DNA of 64,000 bases, from the IMG/VR virus record IMGVR_UViG_2795385563_000001, one strand, 5' to 3'. A model generated the notes under the pieces. That model made no database searches and was not told the origin of the DNA. It saw nothing but the letters and a program-made list of their open reading frames with translations. The DNA comes from a virus. Of this stretch, positions 36,140-45,328 are shown one piece after another (the stretch's first letter is position 1; every line of letters starts with the position of its first letter). Made by a program: the position numbers and the translations under genes.

Positions 36140-37135
36140 ATGTCGATGACACAAGAAGTGCGTGACGAAATGTGCCGCGCCACATCGATCCACCAAGGCT
36201 GCAGGCGCGCGCAAGTCGCGGCAATCGCGCGTCTGACCGGTGAGCTGCGTGTTTCTCGCACCGGCCTGATAGTGCATCTCGAAGTAAATACCGGCTCGGT
36301 CGCGCGGTACCTGCGCCGAGAGATCACGGCGCTGTACGGGCACAAAGTGAGCGTGACCGTCAACAATGAAACCGGTCTGCGTCGGGGCGCGCGCTACACC
36401 GTGCGCGTAACCGAAGGAGGCCGGGACCTGGCCCTGCAGATAGGTCTGATCGATCTACGCGGCCGACCGGTCACCGGACTACCCGCAATGGTGGTGGGTG
36501 GCTCACCGGGCGAAGTCGCCGCTGCCTGGCGCGGGGCCTTCATGGTCGCCGGATCGCTCATTGGACCGAGTCGTTCAAGCGCGCTGGAAATCAGTTGCCC
36601 CAGTCCAGAAGTGGCGTACGCACTCGCCAGCTGTGCCCGCCGCCTTGGTGTGCAGCCCATCGTGCGTACCGCTCGCGGTGTCGACCGAGTGACGATCCGC
36701 GACCACGACAACATCGGGGTGCTCCTGACCCGCCTCGGCGCCGAGGAGTCCCGGATATCCTGGGAGCGGCGCATCGCCCAGCGGGCAATGCAGGCAACGG
36801 CCATTCGCTTGGTCAATCTCGATGACGCCAATGCCCGACGCTCCGCGCGTGCAGCAGCCGCTACTGCTGCGAAAGTGGAGCAGGCGCTGGCGATCCTGGG
36901 CTCGGAGGCGCCGGAACACCTGGCGCATACCGGCCAGCTGCGTCTGGATCATCGAGAAGCCTCGTTGGAAGAACTGGGCCAGCTCGCACAACCGCCCATC
37001 ACCAAAGACGCCGTCGCAGGTCGGTTGCGCCGGCTGCTGACCATGGCTGATCGGCATGCCGCCGGTGAGGAGTTCGACGAGTTCGATCCGGAGCACCCTG
37101 CTGGTGAAACCGTCCGGCTCCTGGCGGGGGCGTAA
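36140..37135 (+). CDS. whiA: WhiA homologue (LAGLIDADG-like domains plus C-terminal HTH)
   Basis: Collinear and highly similar to M. tuberculosis WhiA over its full length: ...EITALYGHKV..., AWRGAFMVAGSLIGPSRSSALEISCPSPE, NLDDANARRSARAAAATAAKVEQALAILG, PPITKDAVAGRLRRLLTMADR. Confidence 0.8.
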   Translation: MSMTQEVRDEMCRATSIHQGCRRAQVAAIARLTGELRVSRTGLIVHLEVNTGSVARYLRREITALYGHKVSVTVNNETGLRRGARYTVRVTEGGRDLALQIGLIDLRGRPVTGLPAMVVGGSPGEVAAAWRGAFMVAGSLIGPSRSSALEISCPSPEVAYALASCARRLGVQPIVRTARGVDRVTIRDHDNIGVLLTRLGAEESRISWERRIAQRAMQATAIRLVNLDDANARRSARAAAATAAKVEQALAILGSEAPEHLAHTGQLRLDHREASLEELGQLAQPPITKDAVAGRLRRLLTMADRHAAGEEFDEFDPEHPAGETVRLLAGA

Positions 37136-37137
37136 CG

Positions 37138-37482
37138 ATGGGCACGCGCCGGATATGGGTCGGCATGGCGCTGGTGCTGGTGCTGGTGCTGGCAGCATGT
37201 GGAAACGGTCCAGCCGAGGGAAAGGTCATGGACACCGAGTACAGCCCTGCCTGGGTTCAATATCTTCCTGGCAGACCAGGAACGACGACATGCAGCGGAA
37301 ACCCGCCGCGCTGCAGTAGATCTCCCGGTACACCGCCACAGTTCATCTCTTACCCCGAGGCTTGGCGCCTGCGCTTGGACAACGGGAAAGAGAACGGATG
37401 GCGCGAAGTCAGTCGCGAGGAGTACGAGGCGTGCTCGCGCGATGAGCACTACCCGGAATGCGCGAAAGGTGGGACTCGATGA
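37138..37482 (+). CDS. Lipoprotein (signal peptide plus LAAC lipobox)
   Basis: MGTRRIWVGMALVLVLVLAACGNG. 114 aa. Confidence 0.5.
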   Translation: MGTRRIWVGMALVLVLVLAACGNGPAEGKVMDTEYSPAWVQYLPGRPGTTTCSGNPPRCSRSPGTPPQFISYPEAWRLRLDNGKENGWREVSREEYEACSRDEHYPECAKGGTR

Positions 37483-37748
37483 GTTACAACGAAGCCCTGC
37501 GCGTCGCTATCGCCAACGAACTATGCAGGCAACAGCCCCGCGGAGAAACAGCTGTTCACCCCAACGATATTGAAGACATCAGAGTGTGCTGGGACGAAGG
37601 CGACCACACGCGGGATGACGGCGAACAGCATTCCCCCAGATTCCAGGTCGAGGTGTCACTGTCGGGGTCCCGATACCCCCGCCAAATCAGCTCGGAGCGG
37701 ATGCTCACCGCAATGTTGCGCGCAGTGTTGATGATCGGAGACCAGTGA
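37479..37748 (+). CDS. Hypothetical small protein
   Basis: MSYNEALRV... The ATG overlaps the previous stop. Confidence 0.35.
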   Translation: MSYNEALRVAIANELCRQQPRGETAVHPNDIEDIRVCWDEGDHTRDDGEQHSPRFQVEVSLSGSRYPRQISSERMLTAMLRAVLMIGDQ

Positions 37749-38062
37749 TGAGTTGCCGATACGCGACCAAGCGCCAGTTTCCGACAAGCGAACTGGCCCA
37801 CGCAGGCGCCCAGGATATCCGCGCGACAGTGGAATCCGCGGGCCGCACGTTCCAGGCGCTCTACCCGTACAAGTGCCCCGACGACGCGGGGCACTGGCAC
37901 CTTTCGCACTATCCGCAGGGCTACGCCACCTGCTCATGGTGCCGACGTCGCGCAGAGGCCTGGTACGGCGGGACGTTCTGGGTGATGGCAGCCCACACCA
38001 GCGGCAACGAGCCTTGCCTGGCCGCCGGCGGTATGGGAAGCGAAGGAGGCGACTCCCTGTGA
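37745..38062 (+). CDS. Cys/His-rich small protein, paralogue of the N-terminus of the 42116 gene
   Basis: M.CRY..K..FPT......CPD...HWHL...PQG...C.WCR....AWYGG..WVMAAH is shared with 42116..43075. Confidence 0.4.
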   Translation: MMSCRYATKRQFPTSELAHAGAQDIRATVESAGRTFQALYPYKCPDDAGHWHLSHYPQGYATCSWCRRRAEAWYGGTFWVMAAHTSGNEPCLAAGGMGSEGGDSL

Positions 38063-38145
38063 GCGATGCGCCGATGCTCCACCAGACGCTGTGCACGGGT
38101 CGCTTTCCTGCGTCGGACCGTCAGCAGCCTGGAAGGACCAAGTGA

Positions 38146-38404
38146 TATGCAGCGAACCCCGTACCTGGTCACGCTGACCGAGAATGGCACCCAGATTGAG
38201 CATGCCGACGCCTATGCACACAACTCGGGTGTCCGTAAGTCTGAAGCTCTGGTGCGCAACTACGCCCGCAACCGTGGGATCGCATTGACTGGCGACAAGC
38301 CGACCCGTGTCGGCACCTCGTACACCCGCCGCTGGCACGCATCAGACTGCGAAGTGATGGTCACAGTACGGCCGCTGCTTCCTGAACCCAAGGCCACCTC
38401 ATGA
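38146..38404 (+). CDS. Hypothetical small protein
   Basis: The start was moved to ATG 38146 (MQRTPYLVTL) after AAGGA. Confidence 0.35.
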
Positions 38405-38697
38405 GTGTCGCCGAACAGTACCCGGCCCACACCGACACCAACGGCACCACCTGGTACCGGCCGTTGCGCCCCAAAGGGTTTGATTTCGATCAATGGGGCT
38501 GGACGTCTGACCCCACGCAGGCTGACCCGAGCTACGCCGTGGCTGCGGCGTCGTGCGCATTGACGGCGCCGGGGGCTTCATTGACGCCGGAGGACCGCGC
38601 AGCTGTCTTGGAGTTCCGGCAGTACCTCGCCGGTGTGTCCCTCCCATACTTGCCGGTTCTGGTCGACGTCCCCAGTCACATTACGAATCAAGGATAG
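38401..38697 (+). CDS. Hypothetical small protein
   Basis: 98 aa, ATGA-coupled. Confidence 0.35.
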   Translation: MSVAEQYPAHTDTNGTTWYRPLRPKGFDFDQWGWTSDPTQADPSYAVAAASCALTAPGASLTPEDRAAVLEFRQYLAGVSLPYLPVLVDVPSHITNQG

Positions 38698-38706
38698 GAG
38701 TGTCCG

Positions 38707-39582
38707 GTGAATCCACTGACGCAACAGGTCAAATACGAACTGAATCGGGTACTTCCGTCTTCCGGCGAAAAGCCTTCGACCAGACGTGCGCAGGTCTCAT
38801 CGATGCTGCGTTTCGGCGGCGGGTTCTTCAGTGAGGGCCGCCGCTGCTGGATCGACGCCGAGCTCGATACGCGCGAAGCCGCGGTGCTCTTGCGCGACGA
38901 GATCGCTCGGCTCTTTAACGCGACGCCGCGCGCGTTCGCTCTCTCGACTGGAACATTCAAGGTGCGCCAGATACATCGCGCCCACCACCTAGCGGTACAG
39001 GTGGGCCTGCTCAGCCCATCGGGTCGGCCGGTGATGGGGATGGCGCCGACGGTGGTCGCCGGCACGCGTGCCGACGCGGCAGCCGCTCTGCGCGGTGCAT
39101 TGCTGGCACGTGGGCAGATCACCACCCACGAGCTACGTCGCCCCCGACTGGAAGTGGTCTGTCCCAGCGCACCCGCCGCGATGGCTTTGATGGGCTTCGC
39201 TCGCCGCCACGGAGTGCAGACACAGATGCGCGAATATGTGCGCGATGGAGCGCCTGTTGACGTCTTCGAGATCCGGTCGCCCGCGACCTCATGCCACTCA
39301 TCGAAGCTGAGATCAAGCGCCGAGCCGAGGCCGCCAACGAATGCGCTACCAACATACGAGAGGCGGCGATGGCGTGAGCTTCTATCCCGGCGGGATGACA
39401 TTGCGCCCCTTGGGCGCTTGGCCCGGAGAGTTCCCCCGTACGCATATCCGTTCTCCTTTCTCCGCGCCGTTGAAGACAACTCTTGGGGAGCTCGATCGCG
39501 AGTTGTCGTTTCTCGGTTCGGGCAACTCGAATGCCCCGTCCGTTCTCGAGCTCGCCCTCCGAGAGCGCGACTTCCGCGTTGA
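38707..39582 (+). CDS. WhiA-like paralogue (LAGLIDADG-like region only); probable frame disruption or truncation near 39285, with no HTH domain
   Basis: AQVSSMLRFGGGFFSEGRRCWIDAELDTREAAVLLRDEIARLFN and AALRGALLARGQITTHELRRPRLEVVCPSAPAAMALMGFARRHGV parallel the WhiA N-terminal two thirds. After about 39285 the called frame is Arg/Pro junk. The -1 frame reads ...RDLMPLIEAEIKRRAEAANECATNIREAAMA*, which is WhiA-helix-like, and stops at about 39370. Confidence 0.5.
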   Translation: MNPLTQQVKYELNRVLPSSGEKPSTRRAQVSSMLRFGGGFFSEGRRCWIDAELDTREAAVLLRDEIARLFNATPRAFALSTGTFKVRQIHRAHHLAVQVGLLSPSGRPVMGMAPTVVAGTRADAAAALRGALLARGQITTHELRRPRLEVVCPSAPAAMALMGFARRHGVQTQMREYVRDGAPVDVFEIRSPATSCHSSKLRSSAEPRPPTNALPTYERRRWRELLSRRDDIAPLGRLARRVPPYAYPFSFLRAVEDNSWGARSRVVVSRFGQLECPVRSRARPPRARLPR

Positions 39583-40009
39583 TGGCCTCCCGCGAGCGGA
39601 TGCACGGACACAGCACCCGGGCGTGATTCTGCGTATCGAGTCGCGCTTCGGCCCTCTGTCGTATCCCGCAGCGAAGTTCACGACATGGCAGGACAACCTG
39701 CGCGCGATCACCCTGGGGCTCAATGGGCTCCGGCGTCTCGATCGCTACGGAATCACTCCCGGAAGCGAGCAGTACACCGGGTGGAAGCAGCTTCCGCCTG
39801 CCGGCCAGTCGAGTGTGTCGACGCCCAGCGCTGATGACGCCGAGAAATTCCTGCGCGATCTCACAGGCAACTACGACGCACCGCTGGACAAGGTGTACCG
39901 AACCGCACGGCGCGAGATGCATCCTGACCGCCACGATAACGACCAGGAGATGTGGGACAGGGTCGAGGCGGCTGGCGACGACCTGCGACGCGCCGGACGC
40001 CTGACGTGA
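39341..40009 (+). CDS. J-domain (DnaJ-like) protein
   Basis: C-terminal VYRTARREMHPDRHDNDQEMWDRVEAAGDDL carries the HPD motif. The N-terminal region is unassigned. The start is uncertain (39341 or 39395). Confidence 0.5.
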   Translation: MRYQHTRGGDGVSFYPGGMTLRPLGAWPGEFPRTHIRSPFSAPLKTTLGELDRELSFLGSGNSNAPSVLELALRERDFRVDGLPRADARTQHPGVILRIESRFGPLSYPAAKFTTWQDNLRAITLGLNGLRRLDRYGITPGSEQYTGWKQLPPAGQSSVSTPSADDAEKFLRDLTGNYDAPLDKVYRTARREMHPDRHDNDQEMWDRVEAAGDDLRRAGRLT

Positions 40010-40448
40010 TGGCGTCAGCATTCAGCAACCACCCGATACCTACTGATACTTGCCCGCAACGACGAACAGGGTCCGCACCCTACAACGCTGAAAGGACCGC
40101 CTCAGCTGTGAGTGACAAAGAGGCACTACCCATCGGCACCGGAGTGGTCGTCTACGGACGACCACTCCAACTCGGCGTCATTGAGAGCGGTCCAGAAGAG
40201 AATCTGATGGGGAACGTCGCATATCGGATCCGTTGCGAGGACGGCGAGATCGTCAGACGCACCGACTTTCGCCATCAGCTGGCATGTCTGGAAAGACGAC
40301 CATGTCATCACCGGCGGCCCAGGAATCTCACGCGAACGAATGGACCAGTATGCCGCCGAGCACGGTGGAGAGGTCCTCTACGGATGGCCAGAGGGTCATC
40401 CGGAAGCGCAGACACCGGCGCAGTGAACTGAAAGGACTATGAACCGCC

Positions 40449-41279
40449 TTGAGTGACAAGACCATTGCGCGCATCGCCGCGCTGCTGAACAAAGCGGACA
40501 ACACCGACAACGAGCACGAGGCCGACGCTTTTCTCAAAGCCGCTCAGCGCATCGCCACGCTCGAATCGATCGACTTGGCTAAAGCACGGGCACACACCCG
40601 GTCCAAAGAGTCGACGACGCCAGAACAGCGTGAGATTGTCATAGGCGAGCTCCGCCAGCGTGGACTGACGACGCTCATCGAGCTGTTCTTGGAGATCGCA
40701 TCAGCCAACGACGTGAGTGTGGCGATCGCGCACAACAACACTCGCGTCTACGCGCATGGATTCCGTGATGACATCGACGTGGTGCAGGCCCTGTACGTAC
40801 GGCTTCTCCCCCAGATGGCTGTGGCCAGTCGCGCGTTCCTGGCGCGCGGGGACTACCAGCGCGAGGAAGTGCCATATTCGGTCCTGGTTCGCGACCATTG
40901 CACTGGCGTCCAGGTCTGGGAGACGCGCTACAAGCCCATGGCCACGATCACTGCGCGACTGGAATTCCAGGCAGGGTTTGCGCGGCGGATCGGTAGACGA
41001 CTACGCGAGGCCAGACGCGACGCCGAGGCCGAATCGCACGCTTCCGAGAGCGGCCAGGCAGCCGAAGGAACATCCACGGAGCTCGTGCTCGCGGATAAAC
41101 GCAAGGCCGTTGCGGACTACTACAAGAAGTACTCGAATACCGGTCGGCGAACGCACCGCGGCTACCGACCCAACAATGTGAGCTTCGTCAGCCGCGACGC
41201 CGGCGACCGTGCTGGACTCCGCGCGAAGCTGGGTGCTGACACCGAGATCGCGCACGCCAAAGCCGCGTTGAGCGCCTGA
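40449..41279 (+). CDS. DUF2786-domain protein
   Basis: N-terminal IARIAALLNKADNTDNEHEADAFLKAAQRIA matches the DUF2786 signature. TTG start as called. Confidence 0.5.
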   Translation: MSDKTIARIAALLNKADNTDNEHEADAFLKAAQRIATLESIDLAKARAHTRSKESTTPEQREIVIGELRQRGLTTLIELFLEIASANDVSVAIAHNNTRVYAHGFRDDIDVVQALYVRLLPQMAVASRAFLARGDYQREEVPYSVLVRDHCTGVQVWETRYKPMATITARLEFQAGFARRIGRRLREARRDAEAESHASESGQAAEGTSTELVLADKRKAVADYYKKYSNTGRRTHRGYRPNNVSFVSRDAGDRAGLRAKLGADTEIAHAKAALSA

Positions 41280-41280
41280 T

Positions 41281-41808
41281 ATGTCGACACGCGACTTTCA
41301 GCGGCAGCGTGTCTACGACGCTGAGGTCCTTCTGCGCCGTCTGTTTGATAACGCCCGCACGGGACAGAACCCCGTTGTTACGCTCGGAGGCGTCACTCTC
41401 ACCCTGCCGCCAGAGGCCTTGTTCGGGGACATACAGAGCGCCGAGCATTACGCCAACCAGGTGCTTGCCCTACCCAGCGTCCGAGACCGTTTCGGTGAGG
41501 CTGCCAAAGTCCGGGTCCGGCGGCGTCAAGGCCTGCACCGCGCCCATTACGAACCACTGCGAGCGGTCATCGCAATCCCCGACGATGTGCGCTGGGCATT
41601 ACGTGAGCTGGTGCTGTTACACGAGCTGGCCCACCATCTTGACCCGTCCGGGAACGACGCACATCACTGTGTACACGGTCCCCAGTTCGTCGACACCTAC
41701 TTCACACTGTTGGAACTAGTAATGGCTCCCGAAGCCGCACTGGCGGCACGGATCATCTTCCGAGACAGCGACATTGTCCACTCAACCTCTCAAATTGCGG
41801 AGGCATGA
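41281..41808 (+). CDS. Putative HExxH zinc metallopeptidase-like protein
   Basis: LVLLHELAHHL with a downstream His/Glu. The start is 2 nt after the previous stop. Confidence 0.45.
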   Translation: MSTRDFQRQRVYDAEVLLRRLFDNARTGQNPVVTLGGVTLTLPPEALFGDIQSAEHYANQVLALPSVRDRFGEAAKVRVRRRQGLHRAHYEPLRAVIAIPDDVRWALRELVLLHELAHHLDPSGNDAHHCVHGPQFVDTYFTLLELVMAPEAALAARIIFRDSDIVHSTSQIAEA

Positions 41809-42119
41809 TGAAATACCCCGCGGATTTCGTGAGCACCGACCTCGGCTGGTGCCGCATCCATCGCGGGCACGAACTGGTCCGAGGCGAATTACTCGCCGAC
41901 CTGGCAGAGCACGGCAGCAGCTCACCCCGCTGTGGCGAGCTGCTCATCGTCAAGCAAGTCCACCTGTACTACCAATCGCGCATCAAATGGTGCGGTCGCC
42001 ACGGCGATCCGTGTGACAACGAAGGCGAATGGCACGGTCACTGGTTCGCGGCTCGTGCGAGCACCGACACAGCGTTCACCCTGGTCTACTGGGGACGACC
42101 TGAGGAGGCAGCCGCGTGA
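41805..42119 (+). CDS. Hypothetical small Cys/His-containing protein
   Basis: 104 aa, ATGA-coupled. Confidence 0.35.
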   Translation: MMKYPADFVSTDLGWCRIHRGHELVRGELLADLAEHGSSSPRCGELLIVKQVHLYYQSRIKWCGRHGDPCDNEGEWHGHWFAARASTDTAFTLVYWGRPEEAAA

Positions 42120-43075
42120 CATGCCGCTACAAAGCCAAGCCCGACTTTCCGACACGGAAGGCCGCACAGGACGGCGCAGACGACCTCAAGCGCGAGCTGG
42201 ATGCGGAGTTCCAAGGACGCATTCGGCAGCCGTGGTATCCCTTCCCTTGCCCGGACGGCAACCACTGGCACTTGGCGCTCACCCCTCAGGGACCCGCAAT
42301 CTGCCCATGGTGCCGGCTTGTGAGGACCGCGTGGTACGGCGGCCTGGACCACCAGACGTGGGTGATGGCTGCTCACGCCGGGATCGACGGGCGTCCCTGC
42401 CCAGCTGTAACCCTCCCAGCGCTGCGCATGATCCCATTCACCGCCGCCCGTCCTGTCTGGATTCTCGGCTTTGAGGACGTGTTGAGCCGGCATCGCTCGG
42501 GCGCACCGGGGGCGTCTTGCGAGATCGACTTGGCGACGCAAGGTGCGACTCGGTATCTCGAGCCTTGGAGTCAGCGGTGGTCACCGGAGCTGTGCCGCTT
42601 GATCACCCGCGCAGTGAGTATCGGAGTCGACGTGCGCTGGTTGGTTCTGTCGCGCCCCGGTGTCGCGGTCCTCCGAGCATTTACCGACGCCTTGGCAGGC
42701 GACTTGCCGGACATACCGGTCCTCACCGAGCTCGACATGCCGCCCGAGTATCGACTTCCGCGTCACGGATTCACCGGTACGAGCATCGAGCCAGGCTGGG
42801 AATCTGACGCAGTCATGGCGTTGGTTCCGCAAGTCGCTCCCCTGCTCTGGACGCCAAGTTTTCAGTGCGCCTGCGATTCGGAATTCGCTTGCGGCAGTGA
42901 CCGCGTCGATCGGACCACGAAAAACGTAGTGCGACGGCGCGAAGGATCAACCACGGTGATCACCCCGAAATCCATCCGCGGTCGGATAACCTTCATGACC
43001 GATCACGACATGAAGACGATCGCCAGATGGGTGCGCTCGAACGATCACGAAGAAGGGCCCCGTGAGAGCTGTTGA
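42116..43075 (+). CDS. Hypothetical protein with N-terminal Cys/His domain paralogous to 37745..38062
   Basis: See the paralogue above. A 200-aa C-terminal extension is unique. Confidence 0.45.
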   Translation: MTCRYKAKPDFPTRKAAQDGADDLKRELDAEFQGRIRQPWYPFPCPDGNHWHLALTPQGPAICPWCRLVRTAWYGGLDHQTWVMAAHAGIDGRPCPAVTLPALRMIPFTAARPVWILGFEDVLSRHRSGAPGASCEIDLATQGATRYLEPWSQRWSPELCRLITRAVSIGVDVRWLVLSRPGVAVLRAFTDALAGDLPDIPVLTELDMPPEYRLPRHGFTGTSIEPGWESDAVMALVPQVAPLLWTPSFQCACDSEFACGSDRVDRTTKNVVRRREGSTTVITPKSIRGRITFMTDHDMKTIARWVRSNDHEEGPRESC

Positions 43076-43352
43076 TCGCGCTGACGCCGATCCTCCCCGC
43101 GAACTCGACGTCGTGAAACTCTTGAGCGCGCTGTGCACCAAAGACGAGCGCGACGACGCCATGGAATATGCGCATTGTCGCGATGTGACTCTGCCTGCGG
43201 GCAGCATCGGAACGGTGCTCGTGATCACCGAGCTGCCCGGTAAACCCACGGGCTATTTGATCGAGTTCTCCGACGACGACGAAGGCGCAGCCATCGCGAT
43301 GCCGTGGCTGACCGTCGGCGACTTCGAAGTCATCGAGCGGCACTGCGACTGA
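43062..43352 (+). CDS. Hypothetical small acidic protein
   Basis: 96 aa. Confidence 0.35.
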   Translation: MRAVDRADADPPRELDVVKLLSALCTKDERDDAMEYAHCRDVTLPAGSIGTVLVITELPGKPTGYLIEFSDDDEGAAIAMPWLTVGDFEVIERHCD

Positions 43353-43384
43353 AGCGCAAGCGCACATCGAACCAGCGCTACTCG

Positions 43385-43864
43385 TCATCCGTAGTGCGCA
43401 AGGAGCAGCCATCCCGGTTCATCCTGGGGGTGAACACCCAATGCGTCCAATGCTTCTCGTAGCTTGTCGTCCCACACTTCGGCGATGCGCCGCTGATCCA
43501 GCTCGGCAAAGTCGATTCTGCCGGCCAGATCAGACGCATCAACGGTGGCTTCCCACACACGTAACACGTAACTGGCGCCCTCGTCTTCGGGGTAGCCGGA
43601 GCAGGTAACGCCAACGCCCTCAATGCACCGCGGCGTGTTTGGCCCGCCGAGATTCCATTGATCGCTAAATCCGGAATCCTTCAGCCGCTGCTCTAGGTCG
43701 GGCTGGCCCCAGCCATCATCATCATCATCATCCGGGACATTCAGTGCAGCCCAACTCGGTTTCCATCTGCCGTGTTCGTCGACGTCATCGGTGAAGGTCC
43801 ACTCATGCTCGCCACCGCCGAGCGGGACGCCATAGGCCAATGTCGCGTACGCGTATCTACCCAC
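43385..43864 (-). CDS. Hypothetical acidic protein
   Basis: 159 aa. PDDDDDDGWG is encoded by a (CAT)6 tract. Confidence 0.4.
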   Translation of the reverse strand: MGRYAYATLAYGVPLGGGEHEWTFTDDVDEHGRWKPSWAALNVPDDDDDDGWGQPDLEQRLKDSGFSDQWNLGGPNTPRCIEGVGVTCSGYPEDEGASYVLRVWEATVDASDLAGRIDFAELDQRRIAEVWDDKLREALDALGVHPQDEPGWLLLAHYG

Positions 43865-44061
43865 AGTTATTCACTCGTTTCTGTCGTTGTTCGTGATCAA
43901 TCGAAGATGGCGGCCATCAGGTGGATCCTGACGCCCGAGAAGCGCGATCGCGTCGTCGCGCAGGCTGCGGCCAACCGGGGACAGCAGGCGCGGATCACGC
44001 GCGGCAAGTCGCCGAGCTGATGCGAGCACTTGCGTCTCCAGCCAGTGCGCGCCCTGGGTGC

Positions 44062-44628
44062 TCAGGTCAGCTCCTGCGCTCCGGGGTACTCTCCCCTGCC
44101 TTCAACCTCCGGGTGCGGCTCTTTGGCGATCTGTGCTGCTGTGCGCAGACCCACCACCGAGTAGACGATGACAGACAACCCCCACAGGACCAGCATCGCG
44201 AGCCGGATTGGGTCGAGGTACTCGGGGCCAGGCGTTGGGATTATCAAGGCCAGTGCACCGACGGTGGCATACAGCGTCAACGCCAAACCGCGGGAGTTCC
44301 ACAGCCATTGCCGACTCGCGAGGAACGGACCAGCCAGAAGCCCGATACTGAATGCGAGTAAGAAAGCGCACCAGCCCAACACAGCCGAGAAATCATGAAT
44401 CATGTCGTAGTTCGACATACCGAAGCGGTCACACCCCACACGCCGCGGGTCATCGTACTCAAGTGCGCAGAGGTAGCCACTAGTTCGTGTCCGTACCAAC
44501 CAGCCCAGAGCGATGAGCAGTCCGGTCACCACGCTGAATACCATCGACGCGATGGCCAGGTTCGAAGCGTCGGGATCGCCTCCTTCGCCGCTGGATCCGC
44601 TTGGAACAATGATGGGAATCGGAATCAC
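44062..44628 (-). CDS. Polytopic membrane protein
   Basis: About 5 predicted TM helices. Confidence 0.45.
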   Translation of the reverse strand: MIPIPIIVPSGSSGEGGDPDASNLAIASMVFSVVTGLLIALGWLVRTRTSGYLCALEYDDPRRVGCDRFGMSNYDMIHDFSAVLGWCAFLLAFSIGLLAGPFLASRQWLWNSRGLALTLYATVGALALIIPTPGPEYLDPIRLAMLVLWGLSVIVYSVVGLRTAAQIAKEPHPEVEGRGEYPGAQELT

Positions 44629-45029
44629 TTCGACCTGCTTTCATGTGTGCTGTAAACGTATGGGCCAGCGCCAGAATCGACGATGACAGGTATTCCCGAG
44701 GCGTCCGCCCGCCTGACGCAGTCCCAGGTACCGCGAGAATCTGCGTCAGGAAAAGCAAGGCAGATGTCAGCGGCGAGGTCTACCATCTCTTGGTTTCGCA
44801 TGGGGCCCGCGGCTTTACCGTGTACTTGCCACGCCGCTGGATGGGGTTCGACTACGAACCCCATCCCGTCGGCGATCGCCGCGGCGATGATGTCTGCGCC
44901 CCCGTATGGGCATTCACCGTGGACAACGGTCACTTCGTGGGAGTTACGGCCAGCGGAAGCACTGCGCAAGGCGGTATCGATCCTGTCACGTTCTGTCCAG
45001 CGGCGGCTGCCGGTTATCAATATGCGCAT
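44625..45029 (-). CDS. SLOG-superfamily / DUF2493 (DprA-like Rossmann) protein
   Basis: MRILITGSRRW...VVHGECPYGGADIIAA...GPMRNQEM...GIPVIVDSG follows the DUF2493 pattern. Confidence 0.55.
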   Translation of the reverse strand: MRILITGSRRWTERDRIDTALRSASAGRNSHEVTVVHGECPYGGADIIAAAIADGMGFVVEPHPAAWQVHGKAAGPMRNQEMVDLAADICLAFPDADSRGTWDCVRRADASGIPVIVDSGAGPYVYSTHESRSK

Positions 45030-45328
45030 CAGCCCTCTCCTGCAATCTGTTTCGTAGAAACACTTTCACCTTCGTCCGGTTCGGACACCGCGCGGCATAG
45101 CAGCTCTTTGAACACGGAGTCCGCGACGCCGTCCAGAACCATTCGAACCACGAAATCAACGTCGCCGTGGTCGGCGCCGCAATTCTTCTTGTGGCACTCA
45201 GGAAACCGCCATTCCACAGCCGCGCGACTTAGCGCGGTGGCATAGATGGCCTGCTGGACGCGCGGCCACAGCGCCATATCACCAGTGGACGTGGTGACAG
45301 CCGTCACGCTCTCGGCGTCGCCAGTCAT
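45029..45328 (-). CDS. Hypothetical protein (start moved to internal ATG that overlaps the upstream stop)
   Basis: MTGDAESVTAV... ATGA junction with the 45325..45675 gene. Confidence 0.35.
   Translation of the reverse strand: MTGDAESVTAVTTSTGDMALWPRVQQAIYATALSRAAVEWRFPECHKKNCGADHGDVDFVVRMVLDGVADSVFKELLCRAVSEPDEGESVSTKQIAGEG

Noticed and set aside
39119-40021. 300-aa minus-strand ORF across the WhiA-like/J-domain junction
   Set aside because: Antisense. Arg-rich. The plus strand has recognisable WhiA-like and J-domain sequence.
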